Of a stretch of DNA of 26,656 bases, positions 6,691 to 16,009 are shown piece after piece. This DNA is from a virus (taxonomy: Duplodnaviria > Caudoviricetes). Both the position numbers and the translations under genes were made by a program. The notes under the pieces are model-generated. The model saw only the letters and a list, made by a program, of their open reading frames with translations. It had not been told where the DNA came from and searched no databases. Positions within the stretch are counted from its first letter, which is position 1. Each line of letters begins with the position of its first letter. Location of the stretch: positions 1-26,656 of IMG/VR virus record IMGVR_UViG_3300005512_000283. One strand, 5' to 3'.

Positions 6691-7098
6691 TTAGCCTACT
6701 AACACCCAACCTTGAGTGTTGTCAGCCTGATGAGTCGCTTCATCCCAGATATAGTATTTTCCATCACTTACTTCTTGCTCTGTCAATTCAGGCATCGAAT
6801 ACGGCGGATTCCATAAACAAGTATCTTCATCCAACGTCCAAGATGCGTATGGTTGCGGAGGAATGAAAGCATCACGATCACGGTCGTAAGTAAACCCAAC
6901 ACCTGCGTAGTTCTTACGCAATGGAGTACCGTCGTCTACTTCACCAGTTTCAGGATCATAATGCTGACCACCACGAGTGTTATAAGAAGTCTGAATCCAT
7001 TCACCGGGTTCGTTATCAACAAACGTATCGAAGAAATCAGCTTCAGCTACGATGACCTGAGTGACTACACCATCTTTTACTTTTGCGTAATGCCCCAT
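6691..7098 (-). CDS. Conserved phage protein following a Gly-rich fibre (possible fibre assembly partner, 135 aa)
   Basis: WIQTSYNT…RKNYAG.GFTYD…DAFIPPQPY.SW.LDE motif typical of aquatic phage proteins adjacent to fibre genes. Confidence 0.8.
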   Translation of the reverse strand: MGHYAKVKDGVVTQVIVAEADFFDTFVDNEPGEWIQTSYNTRGGQHYDPETGEVDDGTPLRKNYAGVGFTYDRDRDAFIPPQPYASWTLDEDTCLWNPPYSMPELTEQEVSDGKYYIWDEATHQADNTQGWVLVG

Positions 7099-7111
7099 GT
7101 TGTTTTCCTAA

Positions 7112-9622
7112 TTAAATTGCGTAACGGATAATTACGATACCCGATCCGCCGTTACCACCATTTTGCGTACCACCAGAGACACCAGATGCGCCGCCACCGC
7201 CACCGCCGGTATTTGCTGTACCTGCTCCACCATTACTAGAAGCTCCGCCTGCGCCACCGTTACCGCCACCGCCAGTGCCACCTGTTCCACCTGAGCCTGA
7301 ATACGAGCCGCCACCGCCGCCACCGGCACGATAAGTAGCAGTGCCGTTAATTGAAGAGCTTACTCCGGCACCACCGTTGCCACCGGTGTTTGTAGCAATA
7401 CCACCTGATCCACCTGCGCCACCGCCGCCACCGCCGCCTTCTACGTTAGCTCCGTTTGTGTGTCCACCGTCATAGCCTTGACCTGCTGTGCCTGAGCCAC
7501 CGTAATTAAATAGTTTGAGCGCACCACCGCCAGAACCACCGGATTGACCTGCATGATAGCTTTGTGATTGAGCGGAACCACCAGAACCTGCACCGCCACC
7601 GCCGATAGAAGTGATTGTATGGAATACTGAATCTGAACCTTTACTGCCTACAACAGTGCCTGATGTAGAACCATTACCGCCTGCACCAACAGTTACTGTG
7701 TATGCACCGCTACTTAAAGTAATTGCAGATTCTGCTGAACTACCACGACCTGATGATTCCCCTGATACAGAGGAACGATAGCCACCGGCACCGGCACCAC
7801 CGCCACCTTTTTCAGCATTATTTGACGCGCCACCACCACCGCCACCTGCGACTACAAGGTACTCAACCTGCGCTGAACCAGACGAAACTGTAAAAGTACC
7901 AGATGAAGTGAAAGTGTGAATCTTGTAACCACCAGAAGTAGTTTCAGTACCGCCAGATGCGCTAAACTTGTTGGACATCTGAATCCAACTTGAGCCATCC
8001 CAATGGTAAACTGCGCCTTCGCTAGTGTTGTAATAAACATCACCCGCAGATGGGCTTGACGGTGCAGAAGCATAGTTAGGAACAGTAAACCCATCACAAG
8101 TAATCTTACCAGTTACATCTATGCCTGTAGATGTTGTGCGTAATTTTTCTGCGTTGTCATATTGAAGCAGACAAGTACTATCTGCATAAAACGAAGCTAA
8201 AGTTTCGCCTGTATATTTTTGAAATTCAACATTGTTGGAACGAATTATTAACGCACCTGTCCCTGCATCATCAATATAGCTATTACTACCATTATGATAA
8301 ATCTGTAGGTCATTGCTATTACCAAACTGAGCCTTTTGGCTATCACCCAGTGTCAACCCATCGGCAGTCACCGTGCCTGTTACGTCAATGCCTGTAGAGG
8401 ATGTGGCGAGTTTTGATGAGTTGTCGTACCAAAGAGCAGACGCACCATTATCAGTAAAGGTCGCCATTGTTTCGCCAGAAGCCGTTTCAATTGCAACACT
8501 TGTCGAGCCCCTAAGAACAAGACTGCCTGTTCCGGCATCCCTAACATAACTATGCGTACCATCGTGATAAATCTGTAGGTCACTACCTGCACCGAAGATG
8601 GCTTTGTCGTTGTCGCCGAAGGACAAGTTGCCAGTCATCGAGTCGCCAGTAGCTACAACGTAATCACCAGTAGCTTGCTTACCGTCCAACGCCGTCTGTA
8701 GACCATCTACATTAGAAATAATGTGATTGTGTGAGTCGTCAGCAACAGTGACTGAGATTGATGTAGTGCCAGAGCCTGACACATCACCGCTCAGTGTGAT
8801 CGTTTGGTTGCCTTCTAACTTAGCGTCCAGAGCTGTCTGTAGACCGTCTACGTTAGAGATGACGTGATTGTGTGAGTCGTCTGCAACTGTTACAGATATA
8901 GAAGTAGTGCCTGAACCAGATACGTCACCAGATAACGTAATAGTTTGATTGCCAGTTAGGTAAGAGCCAGAGGCTTGTTTACTGTTAAGTTGAGTCTGAA
9001 TGTTAGAGGTAACACCATCGACGTAATTAAGCTCAGCAGTTGTAGCCGTTACACCGTCTAGTAGGTTTAGCTCAGCTGCGGAAGCAGTAATAGACAGGTC
9101 GCCTAAATTTTGTACTGCTGAGTCAGCTAAAGCACCTTGAGCTGCTGTAGCAAATGCCGTTGCTTGGTTGCCGTCCAGTGTATCTGCATCAAGCCCTGAG
9201 CCTGAACCGTCTACCGTCTTGATTGCTGTGAGAATCTCAGCAGCAGTTTGATCAGCAGTTGCACCTGACTCGATACCATCAAGTTTGGTTTTATCTCCAT
9301 CGGCAAATGAACCTTCAGCTAACACATCTTGCTTACTGGTTAAATCTACGGTGCCCCATGAAGCGGTAGAGCCGTCAGTGGTTAGGTATTTGCCTGACTG
9401 CCCAGACTGAGAAGGTACAGCAGCGCCAGCAGCCAGTTTATCCGCAGTTACCGCGTTGTTAGCTATGTGCGCAGTATCAATAGACCCATCTACATAATGC
9501 TCGGAATCAACCGCGTCGTCAGCGATCTTTGTGCTGTCAATTAGGTCGGGTGATAAGTCAGCGGTTGTTATGCCATCACCACCAACAAGGTCTGCCGTTT
9601 TTCTCGCCTTTGAACGTGCCAT
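7112..9622 (-). CDS. Long tail fibre with Gly-rich C-terminal domain (836 aa)
   Basis: Fibre repeats (KIADDAV, KLDGIESGA, DDSHNH, DLQIYH); C-terminal HTFTSSGTF…EYLVVAGGGGG…GGSGIVIIRY. Confidence 0.85.
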   Translation of the reverse strand: MARSKARKTADLVGGDGITTADLSPDLIDSTKIADDAVDSEHYVDGSIDTAHIANNAVTADKLAAGAAVPSQSGQSGKYLTTDGSTASWGTVDLTSKQDVLAEGSFADGDKTKLDGIESGATADQTAAEILTAIKTVDGSGSGLDADTLDGNQATAFATAAQGALADSAVQNLGDLSITASAAELNLLDGVTATTAELNYVDGVTSNIQTQLNSKQASGSYLTGNQTITLSGDVSGSGTTSISVTVADDSHNHVISNVDGLQTALDAKLEGNQTITLSGDVSGSGTTSISVTVADDSHNHIISNVDGLQTALDGKQATGDYVVATGDSMTGNLSFGDNDKAIFGAGSDLQIYHDGTHSYVRDAGTGSLVLRGSTSVAIETASGETMATFTDNGASALWYDNSSKLATSSTGIDVTGTVTADGLTLGDSQKAQFGNSNDLQIYHNGSNSYIDDAGTGALIIRSNNVEFQKYTGETLASFYADSTCLLQYDNAEKLRTTSTGIDVTGKITCDGFTVPNYASAPSSPSAGDVYYNTSEGAVYHWDGSSWIQMSNKFSASGGTETTSGGYKIHTFTSSGTFTVSSGSAQVEYLVVAGGGGGGASNNAEKGGGGAGAGGYRSSVSGESSGRGSSAESAITLSSGAYTVTVGAGGNGSTSGTVVGSKGSDSVFHTITSIGGGGAGSGGSAQSQSYHAGQSGGSGGGALKLFNYGGSGTAGQGYDGGHTNGANVEGGGGGGGAGGSGGIATNTGGNGGAGVSSSINGTATYRAGGGGGGSYSGSGGTGGTGGGGNGGAGGASSNGGAGTANTGGGGGGASGVSGGTQNGGNGGSGIVIIRYAI

Positions 9623-9634
9623 TTTATGCCTCTT

Positions 9635-10060
9635 TTACTCTGGTTTCTCAGGAAAAACAGCGTCATCAAGTGATGAGTAGGTGTTTGTAATATCACGCAA
9701 CGCTTGACGATAAGTAATCTGATCTTGCGTCATGGTTAGATCAGATGCACCCCACCAATCGGTTTCGCGCAACAGGGCATTCCTATGCGCGCGTAAATTT
9801 TGCAGTTTTTCTTCGGCTGTAAGCTCAACACTTTGAGCTGCTATAACTGCGGCATCGTAAGTTGCTTCTGCTGCAACCGCCCAATCAGGCAACACATCAA
9901 TTGACTCATTAAAAGTGCCATCGTTGTATTCAATTTCGCCGCTATCAGCGTCCCATTGCAAAGCCGAAACATTGTTTGGTATGCCTGATAACGTCAGGTT
10001 TTCGAGATATGCGCCGTCTTTATAAACAGCAGAATCTTTAACAATTACTACCAATCTCAT
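9635..10060 (-). CDS. Tail fibre assembly chaperone-like protein (141 aa)
   Basis: C-terminal R..RNALL.ETDW…YRQALRDIT…FPEKP motif of phage tail-fibre assembly chaperones. Confidence 0.75.
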   Translation of the reverse strand: MRLVVIVKDSAVYKDGAYLENLTLSGIPNNVSALQWDADSGEIEYNDGTFNESIDVLPDWAVAAEATYDAAVIAAQSVELTAEEKLQNLRAHRNALLRETDWWGASDLTMTQDQITYRQALRDITNTYSSLDDAVFPEKPE

Positions 10061-10359
10061 TAGTTGCCACCTGATCCATTTAAGCGAGGCGCACTAGCCA
10101 TGCTTGCCAGCAGCTCAACGCTTGCATTGTTTGTTTTTACCATTTCGTTTCTAAACGATTCAACAGCGGCGCCCGTTTGACGCGATTGCTGACTATTTTC
10201 TATCAAAAGCATTGGAAGCATGACAATAGCGCAATTCCAATCATCAACTTCTTCGCCAGTATTTGGATTTACACCTCGAATATTACCAAACCAAGCGCAT
10301 TCCATTTTCTTGCAATTACCCTGAACCAACGGGCAAAACTCACCAGTTTCTAGCTTCAT
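10060..10359 (-). CDS. Cys-rich conserved phage protein (99 aa)
   Basis: CPL…C…CAWF…C motif followed by the helix LLIENSQQSRQTGAAVESFRNEMV; overlap-coupled on both sides. Confidence 0.8.
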   Translation of the reverse strand: MKLETGEFCPLVQGNCKKMECAWFGNIRGVNPNTGEEVDDWNCAIVMLPMLLIENSQQSRQTGAAVESFRNEMVKTNNASVELLASMASAPRLNGSGGN

Positions 10360-11060
10360 ACCGCCTTACCTAATCTTGCGTTTAGCTTTTCGCGTAAATC
10401 ATAGATAAATCTTAGCCCCTTTTTTGGCAGCATATGCTTCAGCATTAGATTTTCCATGTATTCATCGTGAACTTCTTTTGTCATTTCAACCTGATTTAGC
10501 TTGATCTGCTCAGTACCATCTGGCGTGATAAATCTTGCATAGGTGATTGGCTGACCACGCTTAAATTTGATTGTCTGAACCTTATCTCTGCACTCAACAG
10601 CAAACGAGATAGGGCGTTTCCATTTCGTAATATTGAACCTGCCGCTAATTAACCGCCAGTTTTGATCACCCCATTCCAAAAACGGGTGCAGTAGCTCAAT
10701 CTCAACATTGTCATTTGAGGTGAACAAATAAGGCAAAATCTGGAATGACATTGGCGGATGTTCCGAGTTGCCTTCTTCGCCGACTCTTGCCTCTAGCAGT
10801 TGAGTTGGAAACCGCTCAGGATGAACAAGCTCAAACGTATTGTTTTCTTTATCTACCCTGACCTCAAGATCGATTGGGCATTTGATGACGTAAGTATTCT
10901 TTAGCGCATCAGTAAATGCAGGGCATTGTGTGAATACTGGATTCTTACCACCGTAGTAATACGACAGGGCAGACTCAGGCTCGAACAAAGCAAGATGCAA
11001 GCCTACTGCTGACTGTATATTTTCTTCTGGCGCAAAGCTCCAATTAACTATCACTATCAA
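10356..11060 (-). CDS. Hypothetical cytoplasmic-type protein, possibly dUTPase-like beta-clip fold (234 aa)
   Basis: TTG start overlapping the upstream TGA; CPAF…YVIKCPIDL and IKFKRGQPI motifs; composition unlike the flanking fibre proteins. Fold is inference. Confidence 0.7.
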   Translation of the reverse strand: MIVIVNWSFAPEENIQSAVGLHLALFEPESALSYYYGGKNPVFTQCPAFTDALKNTYVIKCPIDLEVRVDKENNTFELVHPERFPTQLLEARVGEEGNSEHPPMSFQILPYLFTSNDNVEIELLHPFLEWGDQNWRLISGRFNITKWKRPISFAVECRDKVQTIKFKRGQPITYARFITPDGTEQIKLNQVEMTKEVHDEYMENLMLKHMLPKKGLRFIYDLREKLNARLGKAV

Positions 11061-12763
11061 TCCTTTGTTGCAATGATCACATCAACGTACTGAACTGCTA
11101 AGTTAATCGCGGTACCCGTGAATGTGTGTCCGTGTGATGTTCCTGAGAATGAGTGATTGTGCGAACCACCACCACCAGTATTACTAGTGCCGCCCCATGT
11201 TCCGTAGTAACCTGACGTTGTCCACTGTGCTGCGTTTACGCCGCCGTTGTTCCAGTCTTGATAGCCTGTGATGTTGTGTGAGTGAGCAGGGATTTGAGAT
11301 GTACTCAGTGTTGTATTACCAACAGAACCACCTGCTGTTGTATTGCTCACCGAGCCGCTAACACCTTGACTTGCAAACGCTGTGGTAAATGCAACAGAAC
11401 CGCCTGTGCCGACAGTACCATTTACAATACGCAGGGCTTTGTTGTTGTGAGTAGTTGATTTAGTCCAACCTGTCGGTGCTGACGTTTGCACAAACAACAT
11501 AACAGTGCCTGACTCAACACCACTATCTACACCAGTAAGACCTGAGCCATCGCCTGTAAAGGCTGTAGCAGCGACTGTGCCTGTTACGTCAATGCCTGAA
11601 GAAGTTGTGGCGAGTTTCTTGCTGTTGTCGTAGTAAAGATCGGATGATCCATTGGTGTTAAACGCTGCTTTAACTTCATCAGCAGCAGCGTTAGTGATAT
11701 ATAAGGTATCATCGCCACCTATAAACAGTCTTCCACCGCCAGATTCTATAATGTATGACTCATTTGACGGACCATGATGATAAATACTTAAGTCATTAGC
11801 TGCGCCAAAATGTAAAGTATCATCTGATCCCGGAGTTGCAGAATCACCAAAGTTTATATTTTTACCGTTGGTGTCTAAATTACCGCCTAGCTGCGGAGTT
11901 GTGTCGTTAACCAAATCTGTGTTGATGTTATCTAGCGCAGTCTGCAATCCATCCACGTTGGAAATCACATGGTTGTGCGAGTCGTCAGCAACAGTAACGC
12001 TAATAGAGGTAGTGCCTGAACCAGATACGTCACCAGATAACGTAATAGTTTGATTGCCTTGTAATGCCGAATCAGCTAAAGCACCTTGAGCTGCTGTTGC
12101 GTAATCCGATGAATCAAATGCTTTAACCTGTGCGAGGTTGGTCACCTCTGAATCCATCAACGCACCGGCGGCAGTTACATTGGCTGTATCAGTTACGTCT
12201 GCGCCTGACTCAATACCATCTAGTTTAGAGCCATCCGCAGAAACGTCACGCCCGTCAAATGCTTGACCTGCTGCAAATGTGATCGCGCCTGTCATTGTGC
12301 CGCCAGATAAGTCTAGCTTTGAGCTTAGGTCAACAGTGCCCCAAGATACGTTTGTTCCGTTAGTAGTTAAGTACTTGCCGGATTGACCAGTCTGATCTGG
12401 AAACGCATCTAAGTTATCAATCTGCGTTTGGATATTAGAAGTAACGCCGTCGCAGTAATTCAGCTCTGTAGCTGTAGCAGTTAGATCGGTAATGTCGCTG
12501 ACACTTACGTTTGTCGGATTAAATACTTTCCAAGCTACGATAGTGAGGATGTCATCGGCTGCCGCTGCTGTATCAAGCACAACATCTGTGCCGTTAGTCG
12601 CAGTGTAGTCAGTAGTTTCAAGATGCACACCGTTGAAGTACACATCAAGATAGCCGGGTGTGTAGCCTGATGTTGCAAAACTTGTCTGACCAGAGGTCGC
12701 AGTAAAGCTCTCGCGTGTCTGCGTAGCTTCATTTAACGGTTCGTTGCCGATATAGCCTGCCAT
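11057..12763 (-). CDS. Tail fibre with collar-like C-terminal domain (568 aa)
   Basis: MAGYIGN N-terminus; FTATSGQTSF…DVYFNGV domain; shared fibre modules; C-terminal SGTVMLFVQTSAPTGW…H-x-H motifs…YVDVIIATKD. Confidence 0.85.
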   Translation of the reverse strand: MAGYIGNEPLNEATQTRESFTATSGQTSFATSGYTPGYLDVYFNGVHLETTDYTATNGTDVVLDTAAAADDILTIVAWKVFNPTNVSVSDITDLTATATELNYCDGVTSNIQTQIDNLDAFPDQTGQSGKYLTTNGTNVSWGTVDLSSKLDLSGGTMTGAITFAAGQAFDGRDVSADGSKLDGIESGADVTDTANVTAAGALMDSEVTNLAQVKAFDSSDYATAAQGALADSALQGNQTITLSGDVSGSGTTSISVTVADDSHNHVISNVDGLQTALDNINTDLVNDTTPQLGGNLDTNGKNINFGDSATPGSDDTLHFGAANDLSIYHHGPSNESYIIESGGGRLFIGGDDTLYITNAAADEVKAAFNTNGSSDLYYDNSKKLATTSSGIDVTGTVAATAFTGDGSGLTGVDSGVESGTVMLFVQTSAPTGWTKSTTHNNKALRIVNGTVGTGGSVAFTTAFASQGVSGSVSNTTAGGSVGNTTLSTSQIPAHSHNITGYQDWNNGGVNAAQWTTSGYYGTWGGTSNTGGGGSHNHSFSGTSHGHTFTGTAINLAVQYVDVIIATKD

Positions 12764-12764
12764 T

Positions 12765-12818
12765 TTATGCCTCGTTAGTGCCGTCAGATAACGTACTGAT
12801 TGTTAATGTACCTGCCAT
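12765..12818 (-). pseudogene. 17-codon truncated gene remnant (MAGTLTISTLSDGTNEA*)
   Basis: ATG overlaps the upstream stop (TGATG); the peptide reads like a virion-protein N-terminus and ends inside the leader GAGGCATAAAATG. Confidence 0.55.
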
Positions 12819-13093
12819 CACTCACCGCCTTTTGGATACTTTTCTTTGACTGCTTTACACGCAGCTATGTATTCATCAATTTGTGCTTGATCGCCTTTTA
12901 CAACACCGTCAAGATAGTCATACATTGAAGGGTATTCTGCAAACCGTAACGCTTGATATGCAGTTGGATCGACCCAAGCATTGACAGCATCCATGTCAAT
13001 TTCAATTTTATTACCCTGTGCGTCGAAACAACCTTCATCATCATCGACAGTAACAGCTTGTGGATAAAGTGCGTAAATCGCCTTATGGTTCAT
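12818..13093 (-). CDS. Small fibre-associated protein (91 aa)
   Basis: YQALR..EYPS…LD…VKEKYPK motif typical of partners located directly after fibre genes; ATGA overlap. Confidence 0.8.
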   Translation of the reverse strand: MNHKAIYALYPQAVTVDDDEGCFDAQGNKIEIDMDAVNAWVDPTAYQALRFAEYPSMYDYLDGVVKGDQAQIDEYIAACKAVKEKYPKGGE

Positions 13094-14847
13094 CCTGCAA
13101 TCTCCATAAGTGTTAAAATGGTTGGAACGTTCGATCTATTACCGTCTGCAGTATCGTAAGTACCACCTATGCCAATACTTTGAAGTGTTCTTTTAACCTG
13201 AAGCTTATATGTTGTTGCAGAGGTTGTTGAAGGTGAATCTAAGTAAGTAATAGCAAAGTGTTTTGCCCAGTTTCTCGGATCACCTGCAGCTTGCTGTGTA
13301 AGGTCAAACGTACATCTCTGAGCACTACCTCTTGAGTCACCAATAACAATATTTGTGCTTCCTCGTACTAAAACTCCATACGCAAATGAGTTACTAGCGC
13401 TTCCTGACGCTGCACCTGTTAGTGTAACTAAAATTTTACTTGATGTAGACGAAGGAGTAATTGTTGCTGAAACACCAGATACATCAACATAGCTAGTTGA
13501 GCTTGTTGAAAAGAAGCTTGTCTTCTTAGCTTGAACAACCTGCAGAACTTTACCTGCGCCGCTTATCGATCCTGTAACCGATAAATCGCCTGTTACAGTA
13601 CAACCACTGCTGTTCGTATTGAATTTCTCAGAACCGTTATAATAAAGACGGGTTTCACCATTCTCATCATGCTGAGTAACCCAGTCACTTTGCTCATCAT
13701 CGTAAATACCTGCCGTAGACCCATCAGTCATAAATGACCAACGACCTTCGTTAGATGAGTTACGAATCTGTAAACCTGCCCAACCGCTCGTGCTTGAGGT
13801 TATCTGTAACAAATCAGCGCGTTGTGTGGATTCTTGTAGGGATACACCTGAACCAAATGTTGCAGAAGTGAACGATGGTGTGCTGCTTACGTTCAGAGTA
13901 ACACTGCCGCTTGTGCCGCCACCTGTCAGGTTTGTTCCCGCAGTTACGCCTGTGATGTCACCTACGTTTGTGGTGTAGCCATTGGGGTTTGAAGCGGGGT
14001 AGTAGTAAGAGCCTTGTTGACCGTCAAGCAAGTCAGCATCCAACCCTGAGCCTGAACCATCTACCGTCTTGATTGCTGTAAGAATCTCAGAAGCCGTCTG
14101 ATCAGCAGTAGCACCTGACTCAATACCATCTAGCTTAGATTCATCTGCGGTAGTAAACGATGCAGTTGTATTTGTTAATACAGTCGATAATGGCTGCTTT
14201 CCATCCAACGCAGTCTGTAGACCGTCCACGTTAGAAATGATGTGGTTGTGTGAGTCGTCTGCAATAACAATAGCGTTGTAAGTACCGCTTACGTCACCAC
14301 CAAAAGTTGCTGTGGTGTCTAACTTGCTGCTTAAATCAACAGTACCCCATGACGCATCAGTGCCATCAGTAGTTAAGTATTTACCTGAATTTCCTGTTTG
14401 ATCTGGAAGAGATACAGGAGCATCTTCAGCATTCCACTTAGATGTAGCAGAATCCCAAGTCAACAACTGACCATCTGTAGGAGTCATAGTAGCTACGTCA
14501 GATAAGTCTTCAATAGACTCACCAGTAATGTCTTGTAATGCAGAGTCTGCTGTAGCACCTTGAGCTGCTGTAGCGTAATCGGCGGAACTAAAGGCTTTAA
14601 CTTGTGCTAGGTTAGTAACCTCAGAATCCATTAACGCACCGGCAGCCGTTACATTAGCTGTATCGGTTACGTCTGCGCCAGCTTCAATGCCGTTTAGCTT
14701 GGTGCTATTTAACTTACTATCTGTAACCGAGCCTGCGGCAATCTTGGTTTCTGTTACCGCTGAGTCTTGGATGTCAGCAGTCTCAACAGAGTTACCCTCA
14801 ACGTTAGTTAAGATTTTACCTTGGCTTTTGCCAATATAACCAGCCAT
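13090..14847 (-). CDS. Tail fibre (585 aa)
   Basis: MAGYIGK N-terminus; shared fibre modules; C-terminal GKVLQVV…ITPSSTSSKILV…LDSPSTTSATTYKLQ…LTLMEIAG domain. Confidence 0.85.
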   Translation of the reverse strand: MAGYIGKSQGKILTNVEGNSVETADIQDSAVTETKIAAGSVTDSKLNSTKLNGIEAGADVTDTANVTAAGALMDSEVTNLAQVKAFSSADYATAAQGATADSALQDITGESIEDLSDVATMTPTDGQLLTWDSATSKWNAEDAPVSLPDQTGNSGKYLTTDGTDASWGTVDLSSKLDTTATFGGDVSGTYNAIVIADDSHNHIISNVDGLQTALDGKQPLSTVLTNTTASFTTADESKLDGIESGATADQTASEILTAIKTVDGSGSGLDADLLDGQQGSYYYPASNPNGYTTNVGDITGVTAGTNLTGGGTSGSVTLNVSSTPSFTSATFGSGVSLQESTQRADLLQITSSTSGWAGLQIRNSSNEGRWSFMTDGSTAGIYDDEQSDWVTQHDENGETRLYYNGSEKFNTNSSGCTVTGDLSVTGSISGAGKVLQVVQAKKTSFFSTSSTSYVDVSGVSATITPSSTSSKILVTLTGAASGSASNSFAYGVLVRGSTNIVIGDSRGSAQRCTFDLTQQAAGDPRNWAKHFAITYLDSPSTTSATTYKLQVKRTLQSIGIGGTYDTADGNRSNVPTILTLMEIAG

Positions 14848-15155
14848 TAGCTCTGCTCCAGAACACTCAGAATCACGTCAATAGATGATGCCGTATCGGA
14901 AGTCACAACTACTGTGTCAGTTGTTTCTCCAACAATTTTGCCGTCTAGCACTGAAAGTGCTGAACCACTTGGTACCGGTGCGCCTTTAACTAGGTAAACC
15001 CCTGCCACCTGCACGTCAACGTAGACCGCGGCAGTAGTGGTGTTAGCTAAGTTACAACCGATTAGAACCGCAGAGGTAGCTGACGGAACCGTGTAGACAG
15101 TCGTTGCTGATGTCCCGACAGATGAAGAGGTGTAGTTTTTAAACGTGTTAGCCAT
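14847..15155 (-). CDS. Virion structural protein (102 aa)
   Basis: MANTFK…VYTVPS beta-rich small protein; TAATG-coupled to the fibre gene. Confidence 0.75.
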   Translation of the reverse strand: MANTFKNYTSSSVGTSATTVYTVPSATSAVLIGCNLANTTTAAVYVDVQVAGVYLVKGAPVPSGSALSVLDGKIVGETTDTVVVTSDTASSIDVILSVLEQS

Positions 15156-15158
15156 GTC

Positions 15159-15557
15159 TTATCCTAATGCTATAGAAAGCGCCAACGCTTCGTCTGTCGT
15201 TCCGTAGCCTGAATCGTTTGTCAGCTCAGAGATATTTGAACCTACAAACACAGCTTTGTCAGCAGGATAAGTAACAAATACTTCTTTTGCACCAGCCGAC
15301 AAATCTACAGCTGCATCGCTGTTAGATGACGCATAAACAGTTGTACGCGCTAGCGTCGTACCGGAGGCTGTGTACGTGCCTAGCCCAACTTCCCACTCAG
15401 TACCTGCCGGAGTAGAAATAGCGTAGTAGCAAGTATTACCGTCACCCACAGCAGAGCCAAACGTCTGAAAACCTGACACCGCGCCCGCAAGGGTCAGCGT
15501 ACCTGTACCAGTCGTTGTGGTCGTCTCTTTGACGCGATCAGCTGTAATCAGTGCCAT
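15159..15557 (-). CDS. Virion structural protein (132 aa)
   Basis: ADRVKETTTTTGTG…WEVGLGTY…KEVFVTYPA; C-terminal ALALSIALG; GGAG SD. Confidence 0.8.
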   Translation of the reverse strand: MALITADRVKETTTTTGTGTLTLAGAVSGFQTFGSAVGDGNTCYYAISTPAGTEWEVGLGTYTASGTTLARTTVYASSNSDAAVDLSAGAKEVFVTYPADKAVFVGSNISELTNDSGYGTTDEALALSIALG

Positions 15558-15567
15558 CTAAGGCTCC

Positions 15568-15996
15568 TTACGCAATACGAATAATTGCGGTTGAAGCGTC
15601 AGCAGTTGGGAACTGAATAGTAAAATCACCGTTGGTAGATGTCTTATCACCACCAAAGTCTAACACTGCAATTGCAGGATTAGAGCCACCTGACTTATAA
15701 ATTACAGCCCCGCGAGCGGTAATTGTTGCTGACGCCCAAGTAGTATCAGAAAAGTCTAAGTACGCGGTAGTACCTGAAGTAGTAGGCGCTACAACAGTTA
15801 GTGTGTTACCACCAGCTGTATAGCCAGTACCTGACACTTCATTTGTAGTGCTGTACGCAGTAGTACTTGCGTCAAGTGTTGCTGAACTTGTGAACAGCGC
15901 GATTTTAAATACGTCTGATGTATCCGAACTAAAATCCATCTCGCCATCGAGAAGGGCTTTTTTGAACGAAGTACACATAGCCTGAGTAATAGCCAT
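15568..15996 (-). CDS. Virion structural protein (142 aa)
   Basis: MCTSFK…FKIALFTS…GYTAGG…ITARGA…AVLDFG; AAGGAGG SD. Confidence 0.8.
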   Translation of the reverse strand: MAITQAMCTSFKKALLDGEMDFSSDTSDVFKIALFTSSATLDASTTAYSTTNEVSGTGYTAGGNTLTVVAPTTSGTTAYLDFSDTTWASATITARGAVIYKSGGSNPAIAVLDFGGDKTSTNGDFTIQFPTADASTAIIRIA

Positions 15997-16009
15997 TTAA
16001 GCCTCCTTA

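Noticed and set aside
7112-14847. Repeats between fibre genes as diversity-generating retroelement TR/VR pairs or an invertible shufflon
   Set aside because: No reverse transcriptase or invertase in the window. The repeats are direct, lie in shaft-coding regions rather than C-terminal tips, and their differences look synonymous rather than adenine-specific.
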